Below, piece by piece: positions 19,009 through 26,674 of a stretch of DNA of 30,078 nucleotides. Source of the DNA: Fibrobacterales bacterium (GTDB taxonomy: Bacteria; Fibrobacterota; Fibrobacteria; Fibrobacterales; JAOPTW01); assembly GCA_051532055.1 (NCBI GenBank), contig JAOPTX010000010.1, positions 167,613-197,690 on the forward strand, read 5' to 3'. The position numbers and the translations under genes were made by a program. The first letter of the stretch is position 1, and each line of letters opens with the position of its first letter. Under the pieces are notes generated by a model. That model made no database searches. It was not told the DNA's origin and worked only from the letters and a program-made list of their open reading frames with translations.

Positions 19009-19987
19009 TGGAGCCTCCAAATATATAGGGTTCAAATGAGCGTACAATTGTTCGCTCAAGCCCAGAGTGGCCAAATGTGTGCCATGGGCGGTTTTCTATG
19101 GGTGTAATTCTTGATTTGTTTTTTGCTAATTGATCGATATCACTAATGAGGTCTTTAGCTGCGGTAACGCCTGCGCGCATAATAGAATCCAATTGGTGAA
19201 AGTCAGTCCAATGAATTCCTTGTAAATCTGGCTGTATAACAATGTCGGAACAATAATGTAGTTCAGAGTGAATATGGTGATAGATGAGCTCACCCTGTCG
19301 GAAAAGCATGTCGAGCCCGGTGTTGGGCACGTAATGTTGAGTAGGAACTGAGGTGACGTCAACTGAAATAATAATGTCAACGGGGTCAACGTAAAAGGCT
19401 TGTATGGGGACTGGATATACTTGTTGGGAATCTGTAAGAAGTCTATCTCCTAGTGGGATTGGAGGGAAATATCCCGCAATACTTGTTGCGGCAATAATCG
19501 ATTCTTGTATGTTGCCTTTATTAATAAGTACTTGTTGTCCAGTGACAGCGTCTACGGTGCAGACATACATTTTTTGAGGAAGTGTTTCGAGGTTACCAGG
19601 GTGTATGTATTGATCGACGATATTTTTTATAATAGTAGCATCTTCAACATTAGGCTTGGTAACGAGGTGGAAAAACTTGAATGCTTGATCGACACGCTTT
19701 ACCATTCGTTTATGAAGAGGCATTGCGGTGTGTTCTTGAGCTTCGGCATATTGCATTTTTTTAAACTCTTGGGCAAACCGTAATACAAATTGTTTAAACG
19801 TTGTATTGGTCTTGTCAAAGGTGCTATGTTGCATATAGGCAATGGGGATTAGTGAGCCCATTGAAGAACCAGCGATAATATCAACTTCGATGTTTGACTT
19901 TTTCAGCATGCGGAGAATGCCGAGATGTGCAAAAGCACGAGCTCCACCACCACCCAACGCTAATCCAATTCGTAACCCTTTATACAT
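19001..19987 (-). CDS. Patatin-like phospholipase/esterase (RssA/NTE-like)
   Basis: GGGGARAFAH oxyanion motif, GSSMG nucleophile elbow, Asp motif as DSQ; overlaps the fadD start by 8 nt. Confidence 0.88.
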   Translation of the reverse strand: MYKGLRIGLALGGGGARAFAHLGILRMLKKSNIEVDIIAGSSMGSLIPIAYMQHSTFDKTNTTFKQFVLRFAQEFKKMQYAEAQEHTAMPLHKRMVKRVDQAFKFFHLVTKPNVEDATIIKNIVDQYIHPGNLETLPQKMYVCTVDAVTGQQVLINKGNIQESIIAATSIAGYFPPIPLGDRLLTDSQQVYPVPIQAFYVDPVDIIISVDVTSVPTQHYVPNTGLDMLFRQGELIYHHIHSELHYCSDIVIQPDLQGIHWTDFHQLDSIMRAGVTAAKDLISDIDQLAKNKSRITPIENRPWHTFGHSGLERTIVRSFEPYIFGGSNA

Positions 19988-20048
19988 TCTTTCCCTGGTG
20001 TATTTTGAAAATTTCGTAGCTACATCTTTCTAGAAAATGTGCGTTTTT

Positions 20049-20057
20049 ATTATATCA
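20049..20057 (-). promoter_or_regulatory. Extended -10 promoter of the patatin-fad operon
   Basis: Consensus TGATATAAT on the - strand about 60 nt upstream of the patatin ATG. Confidence 0.6.
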
Positions 20058-20398
20058 TAGAAATGAAAAATATGAGAGAGATTCTGCTATAAATTATTGG
20101 TTTATTTTAAAAAATTGAGTTTATGGTTGGTTTAGCTGTAAATGGCGTTTTGGGATTAAAAAAGCTTGTTATAATGTGGTGATGTATAAAGACATGTGGA
20201 GATTCATGCTTTGGGAGAACTATTTTATGGCTCGCCTAGGTGTCGAATCCACAATCGAGTAATTAAGAGTCACTTATTTAACTCATCGAGTTAATAGGCT
20301 TATTTGGTATTGTTCCATTAGATTTATCTCGACTGTTTATTAAATGTATCTGACTTTATGGGGAATAAGGATTTCAATAGGTTTTAGTAAGGATCTAA

Positions 20399-20407
20399 TG
20401 GTATACT
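20399..20407 (+). promoter_or_regulatory. Extended -10 promoter of HDOD gene 1
   Basis: TGGTATACT; the same TGnTATACTG occurs upstream of HDOD gene 2. Confidence 0.5.
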
Positions 20408-20433
20408 GTTGAATGAAAGTTTAGCTTGAAACT

Positions 20434-21309
20434 GTGATGACATCTTCAATAAAAAATAGTAGTCTCTTTAAAAAAATGATAGAGGATATACCGGTTCCCC
20501 CCAAGCCGACTAACCTCATAAATTTCTTACATGCCTTGAATCAGGATGGGGTTGATATTGGAGTCTTGTCAAAAACCATCACTCAGGATTTAGCTATAAG
20601 TACAGCCATACTTAAAACAGTCAATTCACCCTTTTTAAATATGTCTCAAGAAATTATTTCGATTCAACAAGCAATAGTGTTGCTCGGTCTCGATAACATT
20701 AAAAACCTTCTGTTGTGCTTTTCATTAAAAAGTGCATTTGATAGTTCTGACGACCTTTTCTTGCAAGAATTTTGGAAACAGACCTATGGTGTCTCTCTTA
20801 TTAGTGCGGCACTTGCTCATACGATAACGAATAAACCGAGTGATGAAGCTTTTACCTTTAGTATGGTGTGTGATATAGCAGTGCCAGCAATTGCAGCAGT
20901 AAACAGTGGATATGGCGAACTGTATATAGAACATAGTTTTAGTGAATCTGCATGTGTAATAGATGTTGAAAATAAGAATTATTACATTGATCATTGTGTG
21001 GTGGGTGAATTTATAGCACATCACTGGAACTTGCCACCTTTTTTAAGTAAAGGGATAGAGCTGCATCATACCTATACTGAAAATTTTGGGTATGAGTTTA
21101 ATAGAGGAAATGCTGATTCGATTGTATTTACGGCAATTCACTATCTTGCTGAACATGTGTATGGATCATATAAAGGGAATAATGATTCGTTTGAATGGCG
21201 CAGTGTAAAACCTCAGGTCTTTTCTGTGTTGGGAATAAGAGACGAATTAGTGTCCCAACTTAAAAGTAATTTATTGAGTCTTTATGAAGAAGCTACTTTT
21301 AATTCATAA
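20434..21309 (+). CDS. Stand-alone HDOD domain protein
   Basis: IPVPPKP, QDLAISTAILKTVNSPF, SIQQAIVLLGL, DHCVVG..IAHHWNLP..HH. Start is GTG 20434 or ATG 20437. Confidence 0.88.
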   Translation: MMTSSIKNSSLFKKMIEDIPVPPKPTNLINFLHALNQDGVDIGVLSKTITQDLAISTAILKTVNSPFLNMSQEIISIQQAIVLLGLDNIKNLLLCFSLKSAFDSSDDLFLQEFWKQTYGVSLISAALAHTITNKPSDEAFTFSMVCDIAVPAIAAVNSGYGELYIEHSFSESACVIDVENKNYYIDHCVVGEFIAHHWNLPPFLSKGIELHHTYTENFGYEFNRGNADSIVFTAIHYLAEHVYGSYKGNNDSFEWRSVKPQVFSVLGIRDELVSQLKSNLLSLYEEATFNS

Positions 21310-21380
21310 ATTGTAGATCGTCTTTTACTCTAATTATACAAGAGTATTCCTGTAATCGCGGGTGCGCAGTATTTCAGCAT

Positions 21381-21495
21381 TCTAACAGTATTCTAACTGT
21401 TCTCATTGGTATCTCACATATCTAACCTCTGCGACATGCCCCCTCCCCATATTTAACCTGTGGCTCATGTATTTCTAACAATGCATTTCTACCTT
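21381..21495 (+). promoter_or_regulatory. Pho-box-like direct repeat array and -10 element
   Basis: TCTAAC-like hexamers at 21381/21392, 21401/21412, 21421 and 21452/21463/21474 (mostly 11-bp period); -10-like TACCTT at 21490. Confidence 0.7.
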
Positions 21496-21512
21496 ATGAG
21501 CAGAGTTAATTA

Positions 21513-21701
21513 GAACAGAATTATGATGGGCGAACAAAAGTACAAGTGGAATCCCTCGTAACTTTGGTGGACTGGATGATTCATGAGGGTTAGCAGTTTA
21601 CTAAACCGCAGTACTATGCGCCACTCCTCGCTAAAGCACTCGTTCAAGCCGAAGAAATACTTGCTTTAATTACCTAAAATGGTAAGGCAGTCCAAAAATA
21701 A
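21513..21701 (+). pseudogene. pstS: C-terminal remnant of phosphate-binding protein PstS
   Basis: Translates as EQNYDGRTKVQVESLVTLVDWMIHEG*QFTKPQYYAPLLAKALVQAEEILALIT*NGKAVQK*. It resembles PstS C-termini (W..GQ...YAPL...ITYNGK), has two internal stops (21591, 21675) and lacks the 5' part of the gene. Confidence 0.8.
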
Positions 21702-21706
21702 GAAAG

Positions 21707-21744
21707 TAACACTGTAGATTAGTTATTGGCTAATCTACAGGTTA
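21707..21744 (+). terminator. Strong hairpin after the pstS remnant (terminator or mRNA stabiliser)
   Basis: Perfect 11-bp stem CTGTAGATTAG / CTAATCTACAG plus outer TAAC/GTTA; weak U tail. Confidence 0.6.
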
Positions 21745-21774
21745 TTGATATCTTTTTAATTATAAGGATGTACA

Positions 21775-22455
21775 ATGAAGAAAATATTAATAATAGAAGA
21801 TGATGAAGATATCCGAGAGTTACTCAGCTACAACCTTACTCAAGAAGGGTATACGGTAATAGATGCTCCCGATGGACAAAAAGGACTCGAAAAGTATTGG
21901 AATGATACTCCTCATCTGGTACTGCTTGACATAATGATGCCCGGAAAAAATGGTATTGATGTTTTGAAAGAAATCAGGAATGGTAAAATAGCACCCCACA
22001 CACCAGTAATCCTCATTTCTGCAAAAGGTGAAGAACTAGACATTGTAATGGGGCTTGAACTTGGTGCTGATGATTATGTGGTTAAACCGTTTAGTTTAAA
22101 AGTACTTTTTGCACGAATACGGAAAGTATTTTCAAAAGCGGTACAGAAAAGTGAGATGGTGACCGATATAATTTCCCATTATGAAATTACAATTGATGAT
22201 AGCAAACGTAAAGTATCCTATGGGGATAATGAACTCGACCTCACTGCATCAGAATTTTCGGCGCTCTATTTCTTAATCTCTAATCCAGGAAGGGTCTATA
22301 CACGTAATCAGATTATTTCTGCGGTCCATGGAGATGACTATTTTGTCACCGACCGAAGTATCGATGTTCTTATCGTAAGTTTACGTAAGAAGATGGGGGA
22401 TGCCGGTAAACTTATCGAAACAATTAGAGGAGTAGGGTATAAATTCTCCGAGTAA
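21775..22455 (+). CDS. phoB: OmpR-family response regulator, PhoB-like
   Basis: IEDD, LLDIMMPG (phospho-Asp), GLELGADDYVVKPFS, DRSIDV, ETIRGVGY; phosphate gene context. Confidence 0.85.
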   Translation: MKKILIIEDDEDIRELLSYNLTQEGYTVIDAPDGQKGLEKYWNDTPHLVLLDIMMPGKNGIDVLKEIRNGKIAPHTPVILISAKGEELDIVMGLELGADDYVVKPFSLKVLFARIRKVFSKAVQKSEMVTDIISHYEITIDDSKRKVSYGDNELDLTASEFSALYFLISNPGRVYTRNQIISAVHGDDYFVTDRSIDVLIVSLRKKMGDAGKLIETIRGVGYKFSE

Positions 22456-24214
22456 TACCAAAAAGCGACGCCTCTTTTGGGATATTCTTCCTTCATATGT
22501 TTTGATAATAGTAATATCTATTATCACACTTGGTTGGTTTTCAACACTTACCATTCGTGACACTTCAATTACTAGTCTTGAAAAAGATCTTACAGCCCGG
22601 TCTACTATCGTTGATAAAGTTTTTTCTCAACTCTATAATGAATCCCAAGGTTATATTGAAGCGCTTAATATATTGAGTATTAAAACCGAAACACGGGTTA
22701 CTGTTATTCAAGGTGATGGACTCGTAATTTTTGATTCTCACAAAAACATTCAATTGATGGATAATCACTATTATCGTCCCGAAATTATTGATACTCGGAA
22801 GTCAGGTACTGGTTCAGCTATTCGCTATAGTAATACCATAAATAAAGAAATGGTTTATAGTGCAGTGCGCTCTGAGGTTCCCGATGTTGTTATTCGAACC
22901 GCTGTTCCTATGACTGCGGTTGAATCGTTTATTGCTGGCTATACTCAGAGAGTTGTGTTTGCCGGGACCTTTACACTGCTCTTTGCAATATTTGTTGCCA
23001 TAATAATATCTAAACGTATTACTGATCCACTGACAACGTTGAGGGAAGGCGCTCAAGTTATAGCTGAAGGTCATTTACAACATAAATTACCCGACTATGA
23101 GTGGTACGAAATGTCATCACTCTCCCAGTCTATGAATGAAATGTCATCCCAACTTATGCAACGTATTACTGTCGCTAATGATCAAAAGAACGAATTGGAA
23201 GCGGTGTTTGCGAGTATGAATGCTGGCATTGTAGCGATAGATAAGAAAGGGATTCTCTCTCGGTACAATAATTCATTTCTCCAAATGTTTTTATTAACAA
23301 ACGATAGGGCAAAGAAGAGAAAGCTGACCCATATTATAGGTGAAAATCAATTGGATGAATTATTACAACATATTCACCAAACCTCAAACCCGGTAGATGC
23401 TGATATTGAAATAACGAATGGTGATGAAGGACGAGTGTTTCATGTTCGTGGGTCAGTATTACTCGATGTCAATGGCAACGATATCGGTGCGCTTCTTGTT
23501 TTTAATGATGTGACAAAAATCCGAGAACTAGAAAACATGCGGTCTCAATTTGTCTCAAATGTATCACATGAATTACGCACTCCCATTACTTCAATTCAAG
23601 GGTATATTGAGACCCTTCTTAATGGTGCCATTAATGATATAGCAGCACGTGATAAATTCCTTGGGGTTATCCAAAAGCAAGCAGGTCGTTTGGCCGCGAT
23701 TATTGAAGACCTTTTAGCTCTTTCACGCATCGAAAAGAGTGATGATATGCTCATAAGAAAAGAAGAATGCATTAAAGAGGTAGTTGATTCTGCAATACAG
23801 TTAACAAAAATTGCTGCAGAAGAGAAGAACATCACTCTTGTAAATGCTATTGATGAGAGTATTGCCCTTTCTGTAAATGCGAACCTTATTGAACAGGCTT
23901 TGGTGAATTTGATTAATAATTCGATTAAATATACTGATGATGGAAAAGTAATCACGATGAGCTCGGTTGTTGAAAAGAATGCCATTTCTATTGTAGTAGA
24001 GGATCAAGGGTTTGGTATTGATAAAATGCACTTAAAGCACTTATTTGAACGTTTTTATCGAGTCGATAAGGCGCGGAGTAGAAATGTTGGCGGAACTGGC
24101 CTTGGACTCTCAATTGTAAAACATATTGTGCAGATCCATGGTGGAATTGTGGATGTTGAGAGTGAAGTAGATGTCGGTTCGAGATTTAGTATGAAATTCC
24201 CTAAGGTTATTTAA
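22439..24214 (+). CDS. phoR: Sensor histidine kinase, PhoR-like (start uncertain: ATA 22439 or TTG 22502)
   Basis: Two TM helices, periplasmic MDNHYYRPEI motif, HAMP, PAS, FVSNVSHELRTP H-box, FERFYRVDKARSR..GGTGLGLSIVKH. Confidence 0.85.
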   Translation: MNSPSNTKKRRLFWDILPSYVLIIVISIITLGWFSTLTIRDTSITSLEKDLTARSTIVDKVFSQLYNESQGYIEALNILSIKTETRVTVIQGDGLVIFDSHKNIQLMDNHYYRPEIIDTRKSGTGSAIRYSNTINKEMVYSAVRSEVPDVVIRTAVPMTAVESFIAGYTQRVVFAGTFTLLFAIFVAIIISKRITDPLTTLREGAQVIAEGHLQHKLPDYEWYEMSSLSQSMNEMSSQLMQRITVANDQKNELEAVFASMNAGIVAIDKKGILSRYNNSFLQMFLLTNDRAKKRKLTHIIGENQLDELLQHIHQTSNPVDADIEITNGDEGRVFHVRGSVLLDVNGNDIGALLVFNDVTKIRELENMRSQFVSNVSHELRTPITSIQGYIETLLNGAINDIAARDKFLGVIQKQAGRLAAIIEDLLALSRIEKSDDMLIRKEECIKEVVDSAIQLTKIAAEEKNITLVNAIDESIALSVNANLIEQALVNLINNSIKYTDDGKVITMSSVVEKNAISIVVEDQGFGIDKMHLKHLFERFYRVDKARSRNVGGTGLGLSIVKHIVQIHGGIVDVESEVDVGSRFSMKFPKVI

Positions 24215-24254
24215 TATAAAGTCTTAGGGGTGTATTTGTTGAGCTTCTTTCGAT

Positions 24255-24309
24255 CCTAATCAGTAATTGTTAGGTTTCTAATAGAAATCTAACAATTCTA
24301 TTCTATACT
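24255..24309 (+). promoter_or_regulatory. Pho-box-like promoter of Na/Pi cotransporter 1
   Basis: CCTAAT 24255, TCTAAT 24277, TCTAAC 24288 (11-bp register), TATACT at 24304; same geometry as the promoter at 21474-21495. Confidence 0.7.
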
Positions 24310-24371
24310 ATTGCGAGATAAGTTAAGTACCAAAACTTCATTGTATGAAGTTCGCAATAAGGATAATATAG

Positions 24372-26522
24372 ATGAAAATTTCGACTAATGCGTTTCGCAC
24401 ACTGTGTGTGATGTTCATGGTAGTCATGAGCGTATCAATAAACCTTTGGGCAACAGAGGCACAGCCCCTTCCTTTAAACTTAGAGTCTCAGCCTGTAGGA
24501 CAGGTTGTCTATGAAGAGAAAGAGTATGATTTGGTAGTTGCGCCAAATCACTCATTTGAATTGCTTCCCAAGGCTGTAGATCTTTCTTTACAAAAAGAGA
24601 ATGTTTTTACTGGAGTCGTTCGGTTATATAAAAAAGAGATACCTCTGAAGGGCACAAAGCTCACCTTTAAAGATGAAATGGGTAAAGAGGTTACCACAAA
24701 AAGTAATCGTGATGGAGAGTTTACTGTAAAAGGCCTTACGGGAAAAGAATTTAAAGTATCGGCTTCTCTTAAAAAGCATGAACTGAATGGGGCTACAATT
24801 TCTATCGCTGGACCAGAGGTAAAAGACCTCACTATCATCATGGCTTCTGAAGCCGATGTGATGAAAATGGTATTCTCGGTTCTTGGTGGGCTGGGTATTT
24901 TCTTACTTGGGATGCGCTATATGTCAGATGGACTTCAGACCGTTTCTGGACCATCTCTCAAGCGTATGATTTCATTGGTTACCGATAACCGTTTTCTTGC
25001 AACAGGTGTGGGAGTTGCAGTAACGTGCTTTGTTCAGTCGAGTTCAATAACTACGGTCATGGCAGTTGGATTTGTTAACTCTGGTATTATGGCATTGAAT
25101 CAGGCAATAGGCGTGATATTAGGTGCTAATATTGGTACGACCATTACGGGCTGGATTCTTGTGTTGAAAATTGGTAAATGGGGCCTTCCACTTATTGGTG
25201 TGTTTGCTTTTGTATTTCTCTTTTCTAAAAGAGAGAAGCTCAGATATTTTGCATTGGTATTTATTGGTGTCGGTATGGTTTTCTTTGGGTTAGAGCTGAT
25301 GAAAAATGGTTTCAAGCCTATCAGATCAATGCCTGAGTTTTCAGAAATGTTCGCACTCTTTCAAGCAACATCTTATTTGAATGTCTTAAAAATTGCAGCT
25401 ATAGGATGTATTCTTACCATGATTGTTCAGTCATCTTCTGCAACACTCGGTATAACAATAGGTCTTGCGTCTACAGGAGTTATTGGCTTTGAAACTGCAG
25501 CCGCTCTGGTACTCGGTGAAAATATTGGTACTACCATTACAGCGCTTCTTGCTTCAATTGGCACCACTACAAATGCACGGAGAGCGGCATACTTTCATGC
25601 ACTCTTTAATGTAGCGGGGGTGCTCTGGATAACGGCAATTTTTCAATATTATCTACCGCTCGTTATAAGTGTTGTAGGGCATGACCCTAATATGATGGTA
25701 ATGAAAGATGGTTCAGAAACGTATCCCTATATCACTGCGGGTATAGCATCGACTCATACTATTTTTAATATAGTGAACACTTTAATTTTTCTTCCTTTTA
25801 CAGGCTACATAGCAAACTTCCTCATGAAATTTGTTAAAGACGCTAAGGTAAAGCCTGCAGAAATGATTACCAATCTTCAGTATTCTATGATTGGTACTCC
25901 ATATGCGTCAGTACAACAGTCTAAGCTTGAAATTGATAAGATGGAAGTAGCAGCAAAAGAGATGATGGATGACCTTAAAAAAGTGCTCTCAAATGATTCT
26001 AATAGAGATACTCTTATTAAAAAGATCTTTAAAGATGAAGATATACTCGATGTTATGCAGAAAGAGATCACCGAGTTCTTGACAGAATTCTTGAGTACAC
26101 AGATTCCACAGGATGTAGCTGAGACTGCTAAAGAACATTTAAGAATGTGTGATGAGCTTGAGTCGGTATCTGATTATGTAATGCAAATTGTAAAATTACA
26201 ACTGCGTCTTGAAGATAATGATGTTGCCCTATCTCAAAATAGAATGAATAGTATCATCGAGTTACACGATACCGTTAAAGAGTTCTTTGATTTTGTTATG
26301 GTGTGTGAGAGCAAAGAACAGGTACAAGAACAGTTCACTGCTATTTCAGATAAAAGTGATGCTATTACCCGTCAAATTAGAACACTTCGTAATGATTATT
26401 GGAAAATTGCTTCTGAAGAAAAAGTTAATCCTATGGTAAGTACTACTTATACGGATATTCTTCAATCGTATCGAAAAATTAAGAACCATATCCTTAATGA
26501 GGCTGAAGTACAAACGTTATAA
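24372..26522 (+). CDS. nptA: Na/Pi cotransporter (NptA/YjbB family) with N-terminal extracytoplasmic domain and C-terminal PhoU-like domain
   Basis: GGLGIFLLGM, two QSSS motifs, GANIGTT/GENIGTT, helical C-terminus; about 160-aa N-terminal extension beginning with a signal-peptide-like segment. Confidence 0.88.
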   Translation: MKISTNAFRTLCVMFMVVMSVSINLWATEAQPLPLNLESQPVGQVVYEEKEYDLVVAPNHSFELLPKAVDLSLQKENVFTGVVRLYKKEIPLKGTKLTFKDEMGKEVTTKSNRDGEFTVKGLTGKEFKVSASLKKHELNGATISIAGPEVKDLTIIMASEADVMKMVFSVLGGLGIFLLGMRYMSDGLQTVSGPSLKRMISLVTDNRFLATGVGVAVTCFVQSSSITTVMAVGFVNSGIMALNQAIGVILGANIGTTITGWILVLKIGKWGLPLIGVFAFVFLFSKREKLRYFALVFIGVGMVFFGLELMKNGFKPIRSMPEFSEMFALFQATSYLNVLKIAAIGCILTMIVQSSSATLGITIGLASTGVIGFETAAALVLGENIGTTITALLASIGTTTNARRAAYFHALFNVAGVLWITAIFQYYLPLVISVVGHDPNMMVMKDGSETYPYITAGIASTHTIFNIVNTLIFLPFTGYIANFLMKFVKDAKVKPAEMITNLQYSMIGTPYASVQQSKLEIDKMEVAAKEMMDDLKKVLSNDSNRDTLIKKIFKDEDILDVMQKEITEFLTEFLSTQIPQDVAETAKEHLRMCDELESVSDYVMQIVKLQLRLEDNDVALSQNRMNSIIELHDTVKEFFDFVMVCESKEQVQEQFTAISDKSDAITRQIRTLRNDYWKIASEEKVNPMVSTTYTDILQSYRKIKNHILNEAEVQTL

Positions 26523-26559
26523 AATAACGCTAGTTTTCATTGATTTCATCTGTTTTCAG

Positions 26560-26591
26560 ATAAAAGAGCCCTTAATTAGGGGCTCTTTTAT
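26560..26591 (+). terminator. Intrinsic terminator between the two transporters
   Basis: ATAAAAGAGCCCTT-AATT-AGGGGCTCTTTTAT. Confidence 0.9.
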
Positions 26592-26640
26592 TGTTTTATT
26601 CGATGCACCATTAAGAATAGTGGGCGATAGTATGGGGTAT

Positions 26641-26649
26641 TGCTATAAT
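26641..26649 (+). promoter_or_regulatory. Extended -10 promoter of Na/Pi cotransporter 2
   Basis: Consensus TGCTATAAT 25 nt upstream of the ATG. Confidence 0.65.
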
Positions 26650-26674
26650 TCTGCAAAATTATGATTAATGAGCG

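Noticed and set aside
19009..19074. Longer fadD start at 19074
   Set aside because: It would overlap the patatin gene by 74 nt; ATG 19008 has a GGAGG RBS.
19988..20433. Pho box controlling the fad operon or HDOD gene 1
   Set aside because: Only isolated TCTAAT hexamers, not in 11-bp tandem and not at the 16-nt offset from a -10.
21381..21480. CRISPR array or iterons
   Set aside because: Repeats are 6-bp degenerate units with no spacers, cas or rep genes.
21591..21677. Stop-codon readthrough or recoding of the PstS-like frame
   Set aside because: TAG and TAA both end normal genes in this window, and the fragment lacks the 5' part of the gene and an RBS.
21496..21774. Riboswitch, ncRNA or leader peptide (MMGEQKYKWNPS) in the long phoB leader
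   Set aside because: No recognisable riboswitch consensus; the region is better explained as decayed pstS coding sequence in another frame.
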